A DNA stretch of 59,859 bases, filler included, from Sphacelaria rigidula (GCA_964200075.2; 8 parts of 8 records of this genome joined end to end with filler, not necessarily neighbours in it), one strand, 5' to 3'; counted from the first letter of the whole stretch, positions 24,591 to 37,620 are shown. Numbers and translations are program-made. The notes: generated by a model from the sequence alone, not told the origin.

Positions 24591-24759
24591 TTCTTGTTTT
24601 ACGCGAATCTTTTCGTCCCATAGTTTGGTGGGTACGATTTCGTAACCATCGGCTACAAAACGTAGTCCTTTGTCGCGGTGGAGTTCGCGGGCCGCAGCAC
24701 CGCGTCTCATGTTGCGATATCCCTTGTTGTCAGCGAGCTGTTGCTGCGGGAATTGTGTC

Positions 24760-24915
24760 CGATAGAGAAGGATAGCACGACGGTGCAGTTGAATGTCGGG
24801 CTCGCGTTCCCAAGACGCACGCCGAAGACCTTGCCAGTGTGTCTTGTACATAACAGCAATTTTGCCGCCAGGACCTCGAGTGATTTGGTGGCCGGAAATG
24901 TGGGACACGGCCAAG
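24760..24915 (-). pseudogene. Chromodomain of the Gypsy integrase
   Basis: LAVSHISGHQITRGPGGKIAVMYKTHWQGLRRASWEREPDIQ fits V..I..H...Y...W.G....SWE.E. Confidence 0.75.
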
Positions 24916-27900
24916 CGGAGACGTTGTTCAGTCGCGTCATCGGTGGTAACGTGGTACGGTGGAGATTTTGTTGAGTAGCTGTTGAGCACGTATTGAGTGA
25001 GACCTGCAGGCAGGTATTGAGACATGTCAGTAGTGTATGCGGATTCGTGCAAGGCTTGCGACGATACACAGAGACGCGAGATTTAGCGTCATGTCCCTGG
25101 AGGTCACGAGGTAAATCGAGGTAGAAGAGTTTGTCGCCAACAGGCTTGCCGTCAGGAGACGTCGGCAAGGGTCCGACTTTGAGAATTTTAAACGGAATCC
25201 GTTCGACTGAGGGGCAGTTTCGTCTTCAAGATGGTTTCCTGGGCAGTGCGGTCAGCGCCTTGACGGATGGTGGACAAACTGTTGTAGATCCAGACCCAAT
25301 CGCCGATCGTTCAAGCAAGTTGTAGAGGACGGTATTGGATCTTTCAAGGCGTGAGGCGCTGATAGCGTGTTGATAGCGTACCAAAGTGAAAGCCTTGCGC
25401 TGACGAGCCCTGGCGAGGTCGTGGTAGGACATCTGATCCTATTCCAGACCTTGGTGACCATCGAAGGTATGTCTTTCGAAAACGGTGATGGGCAGACGAG
25501 GATTGCGTCCAAGATGCAGCTCGTTGGGCGAAAGACCGGTGGCCGCGTTAACCGAATTGTTGTAAGACAACATGACATGCGAAAGATAGAGGTCCCAGTC
25601 ATTCTGACGGTCGTTTACGACCTAGCATTTGAGCCATCGTGTGGTTCACACGTTCAGTTCCACCGTTACCGTTAGGGTGGTAGACGCTCGTGGCAATTTT
25701 GCGAATGCCGAGGAGCTTGTACAAAGCATCCGAGAGTTCGGAGCAAAATTGTTGACCATTGTCGGAGAGGAGCTGTTTCGGGCAGCCATAGTGCTTAATG
25801 TAGTCATGGACGAGAATGTCCGCTGTGCCGGCAGCAGTGAAATCGCTAGCAGTAACAGCGTACATAACCGCGTGACGGCTGAAGCGATCGGTGAAAAGCA
25901 GAATGTAGGTGTTGTCACAGTCAGTAGTGGGAAAAGGGCCGAAGTAGTCAAACGATACGAAGTGACCAGGAGCGTTTGGAAGCTCCATGGAAATCACCGG
26001 TCATCGTACAGTCTGTCGAGAGGTTTTGCGAGCCTGACATTTGAAACATCGTCGGATCCAAAAACGCGTGGATGCTTCCATGCCGATCCACCAGTAAAAG
26101 CGTTCCAGGAGCGCTAACGTGCGCGTGACGCCTAAATGGCAGGACAAATCAGCGTGACAGCCCTTCATGACCCACGGACGCATCATGATAAGGACATAGA
26201 TGCGGATAGGGGCGTCATGACGCATATGTACCGGAGCGGCAATGTTGCTACGGCAGCCGTGCCCGGGAGTTGGGTCGGCGAACAAGCAAATGGACGTCGT
26301 CGTCAGTCGCGAAGATAGTACCTTTGCGTGCCAGCTCGAGCACTTCAGAGGCGGTGGAGGCGGGTAGAGTGCCCACGGGGGTCATCGGCCGGGAAAGGGG
26401 TGTGGCAGTTAAGCCGTAAGTACGGCATTGTCGCGAGACAGAGCGGTTTCTGTTGTTGGTCGCGAGCCCAATCGCGGTGAGAGTAGGTAGCGAGAAATTC
26501 TCGAAGTTGGCCTTCAGCCGGAGAGCCAACCAAACATGGTGGCTCAGGGGGGGGTGGCACACGTGAAGGAGCAGGGGTGCCGACGTCAATATTTTGGTCC
26601 GGAAGCGGATCTGATACATTCGAATCGTGAGTCAGAGGTGCAGGTGCAGGGGGATTCCCAGAAGGCTGCGGGGGGGTAGCGCGAACTGGTGAACGTGATC
26701 GGCGCGTTGGGCGCGGAAGGGGCGCGGACTTTGTCGGTACAACAGTGGGCGCGTGGCCGGTTGTGGTAGGGGTTGTACGGCTCGTGGGGGCACGAGGCGG
26801 CGGCGGCGACGCATTGCTAGAAGCGGCCGACGGCGGCGGTGGTATCACGGCACGCGAAGAATTTGCGCGAGCTGCCGAGCGAGAACGCGTATTGTCGGGG
26901 ATGAGGTGAACAGTTGGTGGTGGCGGCGCCGAGATGTTCGCGCGAGGGCCGAAAGTGCGGAAGTCGGCAAAGTCAGCAGCTGTGGGCGCTAAGCCATCCA
27001 AAACTACATCAGGGGGAAGAGGGCGGGGGGCCCCCATGTGCAGACCTGTTTTAGGGCATTGCAGGTCAAGCGCGTACATTGGCGTAGAAAAACGCCGCAT
27101 GGGGTAGACGCCTGTTTCATCAGGTTCAGTCAAGCGGCAAGCTGGACTACAATCTACCGCTGTAGGGGGCAGAGGCAACCGCGAAAGAAGGTCAGCATTG
27201 CCGTTGGTTTTGCCCCGACGGTGTTTAACATTGCACTGGTGAGCAGGCAAGAACTCCAGCCACTGTTGTACGCGGGGGTTATGGTCTCCAACCTTACCGA
27301 GTTGTTCGAGAGCACCGTGATCTGTATAGATGTGGAAAGGCACGTGGAAGAAGTACTGTCGAAGCCTTTTAATAGCTATGATTCCGCCTTCTAGTTCGAG
27401 TGGACTCCAGTTTGCCTCGTTCGGGAGTGTTGCGCGGCTGATGTATAAAATAGGTCGAACAGAGCCATCCAGTTGGGGCTGGTTCAAAACGACGCCGAAC
27501 CCATCTGTGCTAGCATCGGTGCGTAGTTGGAAAAGAGGTGAGCCGTCTTGTACCACGTCCCAATCCGGAACACAAAGAACCGGTTTTTCGGTCAGTGTTT
27601 TTAGCAGTTCGCGAACAGTGGCTTCCATTTCTTCAGTGAAGACAAATGGGACGTTTTTCTTCAATAAATCTGTGATGGGCCGGATCCGCTTAGACAAGTT
27701 GGGCAAAATTTTGCGATAATATGAAAGTCCACCCAACAACGAGCGAAGCTGCGAAATATTGGTGGGCATGGGCATATCAGTCATAGCCTTGACTTTGATC
27801 GTGTCTGGGTGCACTCCAGCAGGAGAGATAGAGTGTCCCAAAAACTCCAATTCAGTGGCTCCGAGTCGAGCTTTGGATGGAGACAAGTTCAAGTCGTGTG

Positions 27901-28124
27901 TACGCAAGCGGGAGAGGAATTCCCGTAGAGTGCGAACATGCGCCTTGGGGGAGGCGTCAAAAGCGATAGCATCGTCGAGATACATGATAACATGCTCGAG
28001 ACCATCAGTAACGCGTTGCATGAGGCGTTGAAAGCAGACAGGTGCGGTGGCAACGCCTTGTGGCATACGAAGCCATGCATAAAGCCCTGAAGACAGACGT
28101 ACAGAACGCCGTCAAGGGAACTGT

Positions 28125-28247
28125 TATATTATTATTATTATTATTATTTCCGCACATTAGTCCGATCTCGCGAACCCGTGGTCACAGACGTAGGCTCGCC
28201 TTTCCAATACCGTCCCTGCTATTCCTTACCAGACACATTACCAAAAT
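28125..28247 (-). mobile_element. 123-bp 5'-truncated non-LTR (LINE/SINE) insertion in the Gypsy RT
   Basis: (AAT)n tail; 6-bp TSD aactgt at 28119-28124 and 28248-28253; removal restores ..PDTVPLTAFC.. Confidence 0.85.
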
Positions 28248-29529
28248 AACTGTATCGGGGAGAATTGCATTTTGGAAAAATCCAGAGGCCAGATCGAAGG
28301 TGCTGAATATGTTTCCTTTGCCGAGAGAGTCGAAGACTTCGTCGATGCGAGGTATGGGGAGTTTTCCCACGACAGTGATGCGATTCAGCCGTTTGTAATT
28401 TACGGTAATGCGTATGTTGCCATCATTTTCAGGGAAGACGACAAGGGGTGAGGCCCATGGCGAAGACGAGTGTTGAACCAGACCAGCTCCTAAGTATGCA
28501 TCCAAAATAGCATTGACTTTTTTGGTCAGGAGGGGATTCGTTCGATATGGTCGAGATGAGATTGGCGAAACGCCAGGTTGCAGAGTGATCTCGAATGACA
28601 ATGTTTTACAATGCCCAAGATCCGTCTTGGATTGTGAAAATTTGTCCTGATATTCCAGGAGAACATCTTGTAGCTCTTGGATGACGGCGGGCTCCCAGCC
28701 CGGATCATGTAGGTTAAAATGAATATCACGCAAATGAGGTGGAAGTTGGTGCCACATCTGCAGGAAATGTTCCCGAGACTCGACCGATAAGCGTTGAAGC
28801 ACTTCATCAGGAGGTTCAGCAGGGGGTCGGTCGGATTCCACCGCAGAAATCCGAGTCGGGGGTGAGGGGGGTAAATCGAAGTATGGCTCATCAACCCAGT
28901 GAACAAAACCATCAGTCGGCGGTGTGGGATCAGGCGTCGGAGGGTCGGCTACACAGGTATCCAGAGGAATGTGCATAAGAAGAGCCGCGGCGATGCCCAA
29001 GACATCGCCAGGTTCCAGATTAGCGTGGCCTGTGAGAGGCAGGAGTTGTTCGCCGTTCGAGACAAAATGCTCAGTGCCAGCGGGTGCACCAACTTTATGC
29101 AGCAATTCCGCAAGGTAGTGGCCAATGAGGGCAGGCATACCGTTGCGGCGAACAAGCGAAACTTTCAAGAGTTGAGGCTTGTCGGAAAGGGTGACACCAG
29201 AACTGTCATTGTACCGAAGGTGGTAAGCCGCTCCGGTAGCCTGCTCATTCTTTTTGTAGCCTAAGGCACCATTGAGGGTACCCGAGTGTTCTAGTTGGAG
29301 TTCTCCACGAGGCGCCGACTTAGGCGGTAATGCTGGGAGGGTGCGGTACGTACTTTGGTCGAACCGCATGTAGCTATCTCTGCCAAGAAGGAGAGCATGA
29401 CGCATGGTGCTGTCAGGGACGATGTAAGCCCAGACTGCGAGACTAGCCGAACGTGTACGTGTTTGTTCTGAATCTCAAATGTGACATATCTATCTCAGTT
29501 TATCTGAGGGGGGTGCAAACATAGCAGGC

Positions 29530-29750
29530 CATCTGCTGAATCGGTTTCAATTCCACCTGAAAATAGTATGCATGATCAAGATGGATTACCTTCGCGGCCA
29601 AGAAGTTTACTATTTGAAAGCGAGCGGTGGTCTACTCGTGAATCGGCATCATTTCGACTTGAAAAGGTGATCAAGAGCCGAGGGGTTTACCCTTTGAATG
29701 CCAGCGGAGGTCGACGTGTGAATCGGCATCACATTCACTCGAAATAAGCG
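29530..29750 (+). repeat. Three tandem degenerate copies related to mini-MITE family C
   Basis: tgaatcgg(ca/tt)tca core three times; agtatgcatgatc..ttcgcggccaag as in the 4913 copy. Confidence 0.6.
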
Positions 29751-29825
29751 ATAAAAATGATGTTGGTTCAGTCAAAGCGTTCATACGTTTTCTGATGTGT
29801 TGAACTCAAAAAACTGCAGCTGGTG

Positions 29826-29880
29826 AGTCATCCTACGATAGGGGGGGGGTATTTTGGGCCATTTGTTGCTCGAAATTTCG
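29826..29880 (+). mobile_element. MITE family D terminus
   Basis: gagtcatcctacgatag(G)ntattttgggcc; reverse form at 37476-37503. Confidence 0.75.
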
Positions 29881-29980
29881 NNNNNNNNNNNNNNNNNNNN
29901 NNNNNNNNNNNNNNNNNNNNNNNNTTAATTAATTAANNNNNNNNNNNNNNNNNNNNNNNNNNNNNNNNNNNNNNNNNNNN
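29881..29980. other. Artificial assembly spacer
   Basis: Identical N44-TTAATTAATTAA-N44 spacer. Confidence 0.99.
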
Positions 29981-30835
29981 TGGGGAAAGCACTGTTTTAG
30001 GCTTGAGCCTCATCTCGAAGTTAAACCTCAATTCTCACAATTTGTTGTTCTTTGGCTTCCCCCAGGTTAGAGCTCTGCTCCCTGTTGTACCTCCCGGTTT
30101 TATCCCCTTAATTTTTGCTAGGACGCCGAAGCAGTTTGTGCTTCCGCGTTTCGGAGTAGCTTTTTCTGCTCCTTGAAGCAGTCTATGCTTCCCTTCTTTT
30201 GAGGTGTGGGAGGGGGCACAGGAGTGTTGGTACGGGAGTGTTTCCTTAGGTATGCTTTATTAGCTGCTCATGATTTTACAATAAAAACCTTCGTTTTCGC
30301 TGCTTTGAGAATAAATCCTCGCAGCTGTAATAAAGGTTCGTCTGGGTGGGTTAGTGTCATGAAGATGCATATTAGCCTGTTGTCATGCCGCTTCAGACCC
30401 GTTGTGGAGTATGGCTATTTGCTTTCTGGTATTCCGGTATCCTAGACTGCAGGTCTGTTCAGAGGTAGTCAGGTACGAGTGTGAACTTGTACGTTGCAGA
30501 GATGATGTCGGCTTCGTTCGTCCCAGCACGAACGAAGCTCCCACCGACACTACCACCTTCTAGCAAAGAAGTCGAACATCGGTGAGACTGATTGACTGAG
30601 CGTGAGATTGGATTGATTAATTGGATACTGGAAGGTAGAGACAAGATAATAAAGAAGAAGAGAGAACCGCGCGTGAGACTTTATCCTGACACGCTGTCTG
30701 TGAAGAGCTGGTGCCAGACTGATTTGTTGATGGTTCACTTTGCCTTGTAAGCCTGTGCTCGGATTATAAGCCTGTGCTTGCTATAACAGCACCGCAACCC
30801 CATTACACACCAACCGTAGGGTGGGAAACACGACC
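29981..30835 (+). mobile_element. 3' UTR plus putative LTR (30355 to about 30835) of a related Gypsy element
   Basis: ggttcgtctgggtgggttag|TGTCATGA nearly identical to the contig-4 junction. Confidence 0.6.
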
Positions 30836-31724
30836 GCACTGATGAACGTGAAGGCAAATGTAGTATAATAGTCAAACTTGAAAGCAAGATATTTTTTAGT
30901 AAATGCGTTTTATTCGGGTATAGTTCGGTTACTACGACTTATCACGATTCCTGTTTGATCCCAAACTTTGGGAATTGAGAGGCACGAGTGCCAGCAAGGG
31001 CCTGCCGGGAGGAAAGTTCTGGATACTTCCCCCTCCCCCCCCCCTCTCCCGGAGAGCGAATTTTCGAAATTGTCATGATTTCTGTTATTTTTTTCGTTAG
31101 ATATTGTTCAAGGAAGTGACAAAGAAACACTGACAAAAACCGAGAAGTCTGGTGTGCTTTGCGACGTTTGTATATTTGCTTCTCCTGCTCCTTGCCTGCT
31201 CTGTCCCGATGACCTTGGATGCCGCCCATGCTCACACACATGTATGCACACGAGCGCACGATAAGGACAGCCTGTAGCCAAAGTAGCAACATCATGTCAC
31301 ACCTTGCCAAACTTGCCCGGGATGCCAGTAGAGGGAGCTGCTGAAGATGTGTCCGCCATCTCAGCGGTCTCCATGCCAAGGATCTGTGTACACACCCATT
31401 CGCCAACGCCTCGGCTATACTAAGGGAAAACCAGCTAGATGTAACCCCCCCCCCCCCCTCAAAAACTCAAATTTTCGATCTTGTGGCCTACGTGTCCAGA
31501 ACTTTTCTCCCGGCAGACCCTTGGAATCAGACACAATTCTCGAGAAAAGGATATAATCTACGACTTATTTCGATCACCGGCCTGTGGTGGGGCTACGAGT
31601 GCTGTACAGCCGGCGGTTCTTGCTCTTTGATATATTTCTCTCAATCGAATCGATCCGGGTCGTTTTTATGGACAATTACATGCCTTCGCTTCTTCTCTTT
31701 TCTTGATATTCACAGCCTGCGTTG

Positions 31725-31885
31725 TGTGTTGTGTTGTCGTCCCATTTATTCTGGGCGCCAGTCTACCCTTCTCGGGATGTGTGGGCGCATCAGCCGGGGT
31801 CACACAGGAGGAAGGTCAACACAGGAGCTTTTTTTTTGCGAGAGCGGTTCAGCAGTCCCTTTCCCTCACAGCCTACAGTCGAAAA
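31725..31885 (-). mobile_element. SINE family 1, 3' part
   Basis: cccatttattctgggcgccagt..aaggtcaacacaggag..cagtccctttccctc. Confidence 0.8.
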
Positions 31886-32717
31886 ACAGTGTTTTGGGGG
31901 CATATACGATCCTTAACACCCCCTCGATAAGCACGGCTATCCTCCGTATCGTTCCGGCAACACAAAGGGGGAAATGTGTCCTGAGCACGACCTGCTTCAT
32001 TTTCTGACTCCTGCAGACTCTGAAACTCTCGAGTGCAGGTGACAAATCGTGTATTTTTTTCTCGGGTGAACGTTGTTCCGTTGGTGGGCACCTGTCGTGA
32101 GCTATGTATACTTTGCTTGCCGAGTGTTGCCGTTGTGTTTCCTAGCACTTTACTGTTGGGTGAGTCGGAGGTCGAGCGAGACGCGCAAGCACTGCGGTAT
32201 GCGTCAACCGTGTATGGAGCAGCCATATAGTGCTGGCCGAGATCCTTCACATACTAGATACTGGACTCTGCTGTATACAGGATGAACAATGTACCGCCCA
32301 AAATCCTCAACCGGCCCGACTGATGGGGCCCATGACGTCTTCTTCAGTACACGTGCGAAGCATTTTCGATTCAATGTAGACGATTCATGCGCCGCTGAGT
32401 CTGTCGCAGACCTTGTTGGGCGCTTGTAAGACGTCCTTGGACGTTTGTTAGACATCGTTAGACGTTTGTTAGACGTCCTCGGCGTTCAAGGTGTCGTTAC
32501 ATGTTTCTTATACTTTCATAGAGGTGCCTTATAGGTCCTATTATGACGCAAAAACATGGATTGAGGCATGCTACTGGCGGACATCTAAACCCTGTATTTC
32601 TCGTCTGCCGCGCCCTCTACCTGCGTTTCGCTCGAAAACTTAAGGCGTCGAAACACTCTTATCAGACGCAAGAATTATTATCAAGACGCCTCGCGGCGTA
32701 AAGAAAGGGCCATAAGA

Positions 32718-33160
32718 CGGGATCTTACAAATTGGGGATGGATGTTTTATTGGGGATGAGAAACCCGGAGAATTAAAATCTTTGTATCCACACCAAATCT
32801 TCGAAATATAGTTCCATTTCTCCACCTACTGATAGCTATTGACAACTGCTACTCGTACACGCCATACAAACTTGAGTTTCGATGACCGAAATGTTTGGGT
32901 CCTTGGTGAAAAACCAATTTCGGAACCATTTTGGCGTCCGTTCGGACACCCGAAATTCCCAAAAATTAGTTTTTCGTCAAGGACCCCAACATTTCGGTGA
33001 TCGAAACTCAAGTTTGTATGGCGTGTAGCAGTTGCCAATAGCTATCAGTAGGTGAAGAAATGGAACCATATCTCGAAGATTTGGTGTGGATACGAGTATT
33101 TTAATTCTCCGGGTTTCCCATCCCCAATAAAAAGATCCCTCCCCAATTTGTAAGATCCCG
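32718..33160. mobile_element. Foldback element family E (about 440-bp imperfect palindrome)
   Basis: cgggatcttacaaattgggga ... tccccaatttgtaagatcccg; arms pair almost to the centre near 32940. Confidence 0.9.
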
Positions 33161-34407
33161 TGTTCCATGCCAATGCGTGTGCTCAACCCCAGATGCATGA
33201 GAAAATATTAGGGCAAGAATCGGGAGAGTATACGATGATGAGCTGAGAAGTGGTGATGTTGGGATGACGCGAGCTGAGAAACGGCGATCTAGGGCGAAAA
33301 GAAGGGCGATATACGGGGAAAGAGCATGGAACGGCAGCTACGATGATTGAGGACTACTGACGATAGCACAGTGGCGCATTGCGTACGGCCGTTCCAGCAT
33401 AATTGCCTCAGTGTCAAGTGGGATATGGGAACGAGGAGGGGGAGTACAGGGCACGGTACGGTGGAAGACCCTGGTGATAATAGAGATGCAGCAAGCGACC
33501 TTGTGAACGCTCCCCTCAAATATACACAGTGCATTCTCCCTTCCCTCCCCCCACCCCTCCCGATACGTTCCTCCTACATGTAGGCTGTCTCCGTTGAAGG
33601 AAAGACAACTTTGACACTCAGGGTTACGTCTCAAGCACGCTATGGTTTTGTGAAGAAGTGCTGCATTTTAGTTGTTATCATCTAACCGTCCTGATGAACG
33701 GTGACAGTTCGATACGCAAAGGGCTAACCTCGGTTTTCATCAAGTAACCTTCTCCAAGAACAAAGAGCGTACTGTAGCGTGGGTACTTATCTGCTGATGG
33801 CTCTCCCTTGCGGAGTAGCAACGCGAGGAAAGTAGGGCGACTAGGTCATCCGCCACAACAGCAGCTAGATGATTGACTGGGCAAGCGGGTGTACAGGTAG
33901 CTGTACTGGTGTCGAGTTTTCTTTGAGGTCCCTTTCTCCTTTTTTTCGCGGATGCCACGAGGGTGTACCTGCACCTTGAGTTTCTTCTAGTTACCTACGC
34001 TGCGGATCGAAGCGCGAAGACGCATCATTAGGTGCAGCAGTATTGTACGGTACGATATTATGCTGCCTACGACTCGCAACATATATGTCGTTGTATGTAA
34101 CGTCATAATCCGATGGATAGCCATCTGCATCTCGTAGTATATAGTCGGTAACGGCAAATAGTCGATACATTGCCCTCAGCCCCAATTTCCGATACGGCAC
34201 AAGATATCGTGTCGATCTGACTCATTGGTGTATATCTACGCCGACACGCAATCCTGAAAAATTTTGCTGTGGGCAGTATGGTGGCACGTTACGGTATCAC
34301 CACCATGCACTATTCTCATCTGCATTACGGTACTATTTTCCATCGGATCACCTGGACAATGACCCCAAATACAAATCGTGGCCCATGTGTTCATGTGAAC
34401 GTATTAC

Positions 34408-34617
34408 CTGCGCAATGTGATTCGATCACATTTCACGCGGTGCTGTGATCGCTGTCTGTGTACTGGCCGTTCAATTGAGTTTCCGAATTGATACAAAGAT
34501 GTAACGCACTCTCCCAACACATGTGTCACGTGCTGTTCTGCACGTTTTACCATGCCTCCCGTCATTTTCGCGCCCCGCTCAACTTTTTTTAGCGCTATCC
34601 TGGCGTCACTTTTAAAC
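34408..34617 (-). CDS. Candidate exon of a degenerate spliced gene or transposase
   Basis: gtaccag|210 nt open FKSDARIALKKV..CDRITLR|gtaata; the next candidate exon from 34255 is in phase but hits a stop. Confidence 0.3.
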
Positions 34618-36487
34618 CTGGTACAGCAACATGCAACACGTACCACAGATAGACACGATGCGAGGAACATCCAAGATACATGTGACATCAACATATATCA
34701 GGCAACCCAAATTCTGCTAGAATACCGGCTACACGGTACGTACTGCAGATCAAGTGGCAACGTTTCCACATGTAGCAACGTTTTCGTGAGATTGAGAGTA
34801 GAGCACTGCTCGAGAGTGGCTCCGATCATTCGCATTTAACTCCGCCAATTTTCTATTCCGTGTGTACTTTTCCTTGTCTCCATCACTGGCGTGCGTTAAC
34901 AGCTACACGTCAATATCCTACTCGGGGATATCAAGGGCCTCAGTGGCAAGCTACTCCTACAGGAAGCACATCGGGGCTCGTGGAGGGGCGGCTCGGAACG
35001 GAAACAATTCTTTCACTAGTTGACCGCTTTTCACTCTCCATCGTATCCTCCACTCTCAATCTCACGACAACATTATTATGTGATGCATTCCGTCAGGTCT
35101 ACGGCGACTTCCTCGAACATTGGCAGAACACCTGCTTACGTAGAACCTGGCGTGTTCCGGAATAAATGTCTGGAACAGGCAGAGCTTGCTCCATTTTGCG
35201 CCGTACGTGTAAATGTTTACACACATTTTTTTTCTCATCCAAACACCAACAGCATCACCGTGCCTGCCCGCGACGTAAATAAAACTGGACGACGAGACAA
35301 AAGCTCGTTACGCGTATCTTGAGTACAAAAAGCCGAAATCAGCCCCGCAACACACACAGGACCCACACGTATGGCCGACAAACAGTATCACTAGAACGTC
35401 CCGCCTACAATTCCTCATCACTCGGAACAATCGCAAAAAGACACCACTCTCATACGCTACCTACCCCGTATTCCTTGCCCACCATCCATCCCCACCCACT
35501 ACGCAACTTCGCCACTCTCCCGAAGTCTTCACCTCCTAGAGCTACGTGCTCGCCTCGTCTGCGAAGTCAGAAACACCTTTACCAGGTTTCCCATCTACAA
35601 AATCTCCGTATTCTAAATCCCCGCCTCCTTCCAAGTGTCCATGTTCATCATCTCCGTACTTCGAATTTTCCTCGCCTTGATCGTCTTGTTCTGGTGCTTC
35701 TAGCGCTTGCGGTGGCGCCGCCGGGCCATCGTCTTGTTGCGCCTCGGCATCGAAGTCGTGCTGTTTTCGGTATGCATATACGAGGCGTAGCGGGAATTGA
35801 AACGTAGTCACACGGGGTAAGAACGGGGTGGAAGAGAGTAAAAGTTCGCATGTGGTTGAGAAGACTATACTTGCTTTTGCTCCTGGCTCTTCTGTTGAGC
35901 CATGGCAAAAACAAAAAAAAACAGAGAACACAAGTAGGCGGTGTGACCATGAGGCGTAACGAAAGTTGAGGAGGGCGACGTTCCGGGTCCCCATGCTGTG
36001 TTTGAAGTGGAGACACAAGCTACTCACTTAGCACGTCAATTTTTTTACTCATCGGTTCCTCGACATAGCAGCGAACTGGAGAAAACGGGTGAGAAACACG
36101 CCACAGGAGCGGACGACAAACGACCCCCCCCCCACCAAATGTCTCCATCACGGTACGCGCCGGGACACCGGACCTCGGAAAATATGCGAGGTCCAGGTGT
36201 TGGTAGGTGTTGTCTCAAAGGCTCTCCCGATTAGATGGGGAGTAATAGTGTTCCGGCGGTGCCCGTCGCGAAATTCCCTCGGCATCGGCGAAACAATACC
36301 AAGAGCCTCACACTACATCGACTTGATTGATTGCGGCACATGAACTGACCCGCTGCCAACAGAGTCGACTAGAAAAGCTAGGAAGCGGACACGCGGTCCT
36401 GGAGATATGATTCCGTGGGTTGCTAGAGAGTTGACGGCCTCAAGCATCCCCAGTCCATGCTGGAACGGATCGAGACGCACTAGAAGA

Positions 36488-36578
36488 GGCGTTAACAACT
36501 CAAAAAGGCGTGAACAACTCAAAACGGCGTTAACGACTCAAAACGGCGTTCACAACTCAAAAAGGCGTTAACAACTCA
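36488..36578. repeat. 19-bp minisatellite, about 5 copies
   Basis: ggcgttaacaactcaaaa(a/c) head-to-tail. Confidence 0.9.
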
Positions 36579-37375
36579 CCCTCATGTAAATATCGAGGGG
36601 ATTGTCCGTGATATCCCCTTGAAGCGCTTCTCCCAGGTCGTCGTCATTCACATCTTCACTCGTAAATATCTTCGTTTCCACCAAAATAAGAATACGGTGG
36701 GCGTTCCGAGCGGTGAACGCGTGCAGGGGCAGGTTGGGGATAGAGTTGGACGGGGCAAGGGGGGGTCATCCGACAGTGCAAGGTTTGTGCATGCTGACGG
36801 CGAGCATATGCTTGGAAGGAGCCGAAAAAGCGAGAGTGAGCACGATGATCAAGACGCCCTGATCGAGAAACTGTATTTTTTACAAGTCATCGAAAGAGCG
36901 GTATGTACGGGCACAAGTCTCTCTCTCTCTCTCTCTCTCATTCTTGGTGGGTAAAAATCCAGCTTCACTTCCCCCCCGCTCCCTGACACAACACTGTTTT
37001 TCGCCTGAAGCTCGTTTTGGGAGTCATTGCTCTGCGGCTGCGATCTGTGGGGGCGCTGATCAATGAATTGGCTTCCGAGCTACAGTGTGGACGCAGCTTT
37101 GTGCACGGTTCGCCCGCCCAGGCAGGAACTCCGTCCGTCATTGTGAGCACATTGACTGTTGATAAAACACAAAATAACTTGAGAGTGAGTACTTAAGACT
37201 TGGCCCGCCTGTACTTTTAAGAGATGCGAGGTCAATGCTCTTAAGATTACGGCATGCAACATGATGAGCACGCCCCCCCCCACCCCCCACCCACCCCCCC
37301 TAGCCATTTCCAGAAATTCCCCGACGTTGGGTGCAAAATGCGCCTAGTGAAGGGAAGGGGTGGACAATGCATGGC

Positions 37376-37475
37376 NNNNNNNNNNNNNNNNNNNNNNNNN
37401 NNNNNNNNNNNNNNNNNNNTTAATTAATTAANNNNNNNNNNNNNNNNNNNNNNNNNNNNNNNNNNNNNNNNNNNN
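37376..37475. other. Artificial assembly spacer
   Basis: Identical N44-TTAATTAATTAA-N44 spacer. Confidence 0.99.
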
Positions 37476-37512
37476 CCCCCCCCCCCCCTATCGTAGGATG
37501 ACTCTCATCATC

Positions 37513-37546
<34 letters not shown>

Positions 37547-37620
37547 TTGCAACAATGAAGCACATTGATGCGGCACTTTGCTACCGTGTGATACCGTAAA
37601 CGTTCTTCGTAATGACTCAC

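Larger units (their letters stand above)
23115..29460 (-). mobile_element. Decayed Ty3/Gypsy LTR retrotransposon (3' part: PR end, RT, RH, INT, chromodomain, 3' LTR)
   Basis: LLLGRD; RITVNYKRLN; FDLASGFFQ; MPQG; YLDD 27971-27982; RH TDAS/YISR/TDH/NADLLSR; INT HHCC (CHADLSCHLG..CFKCQ) and DDE (FDYFGP, SDNG, GGTER); order RT-RH-INT; stops and frameshifts. Confidence 0.95.
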
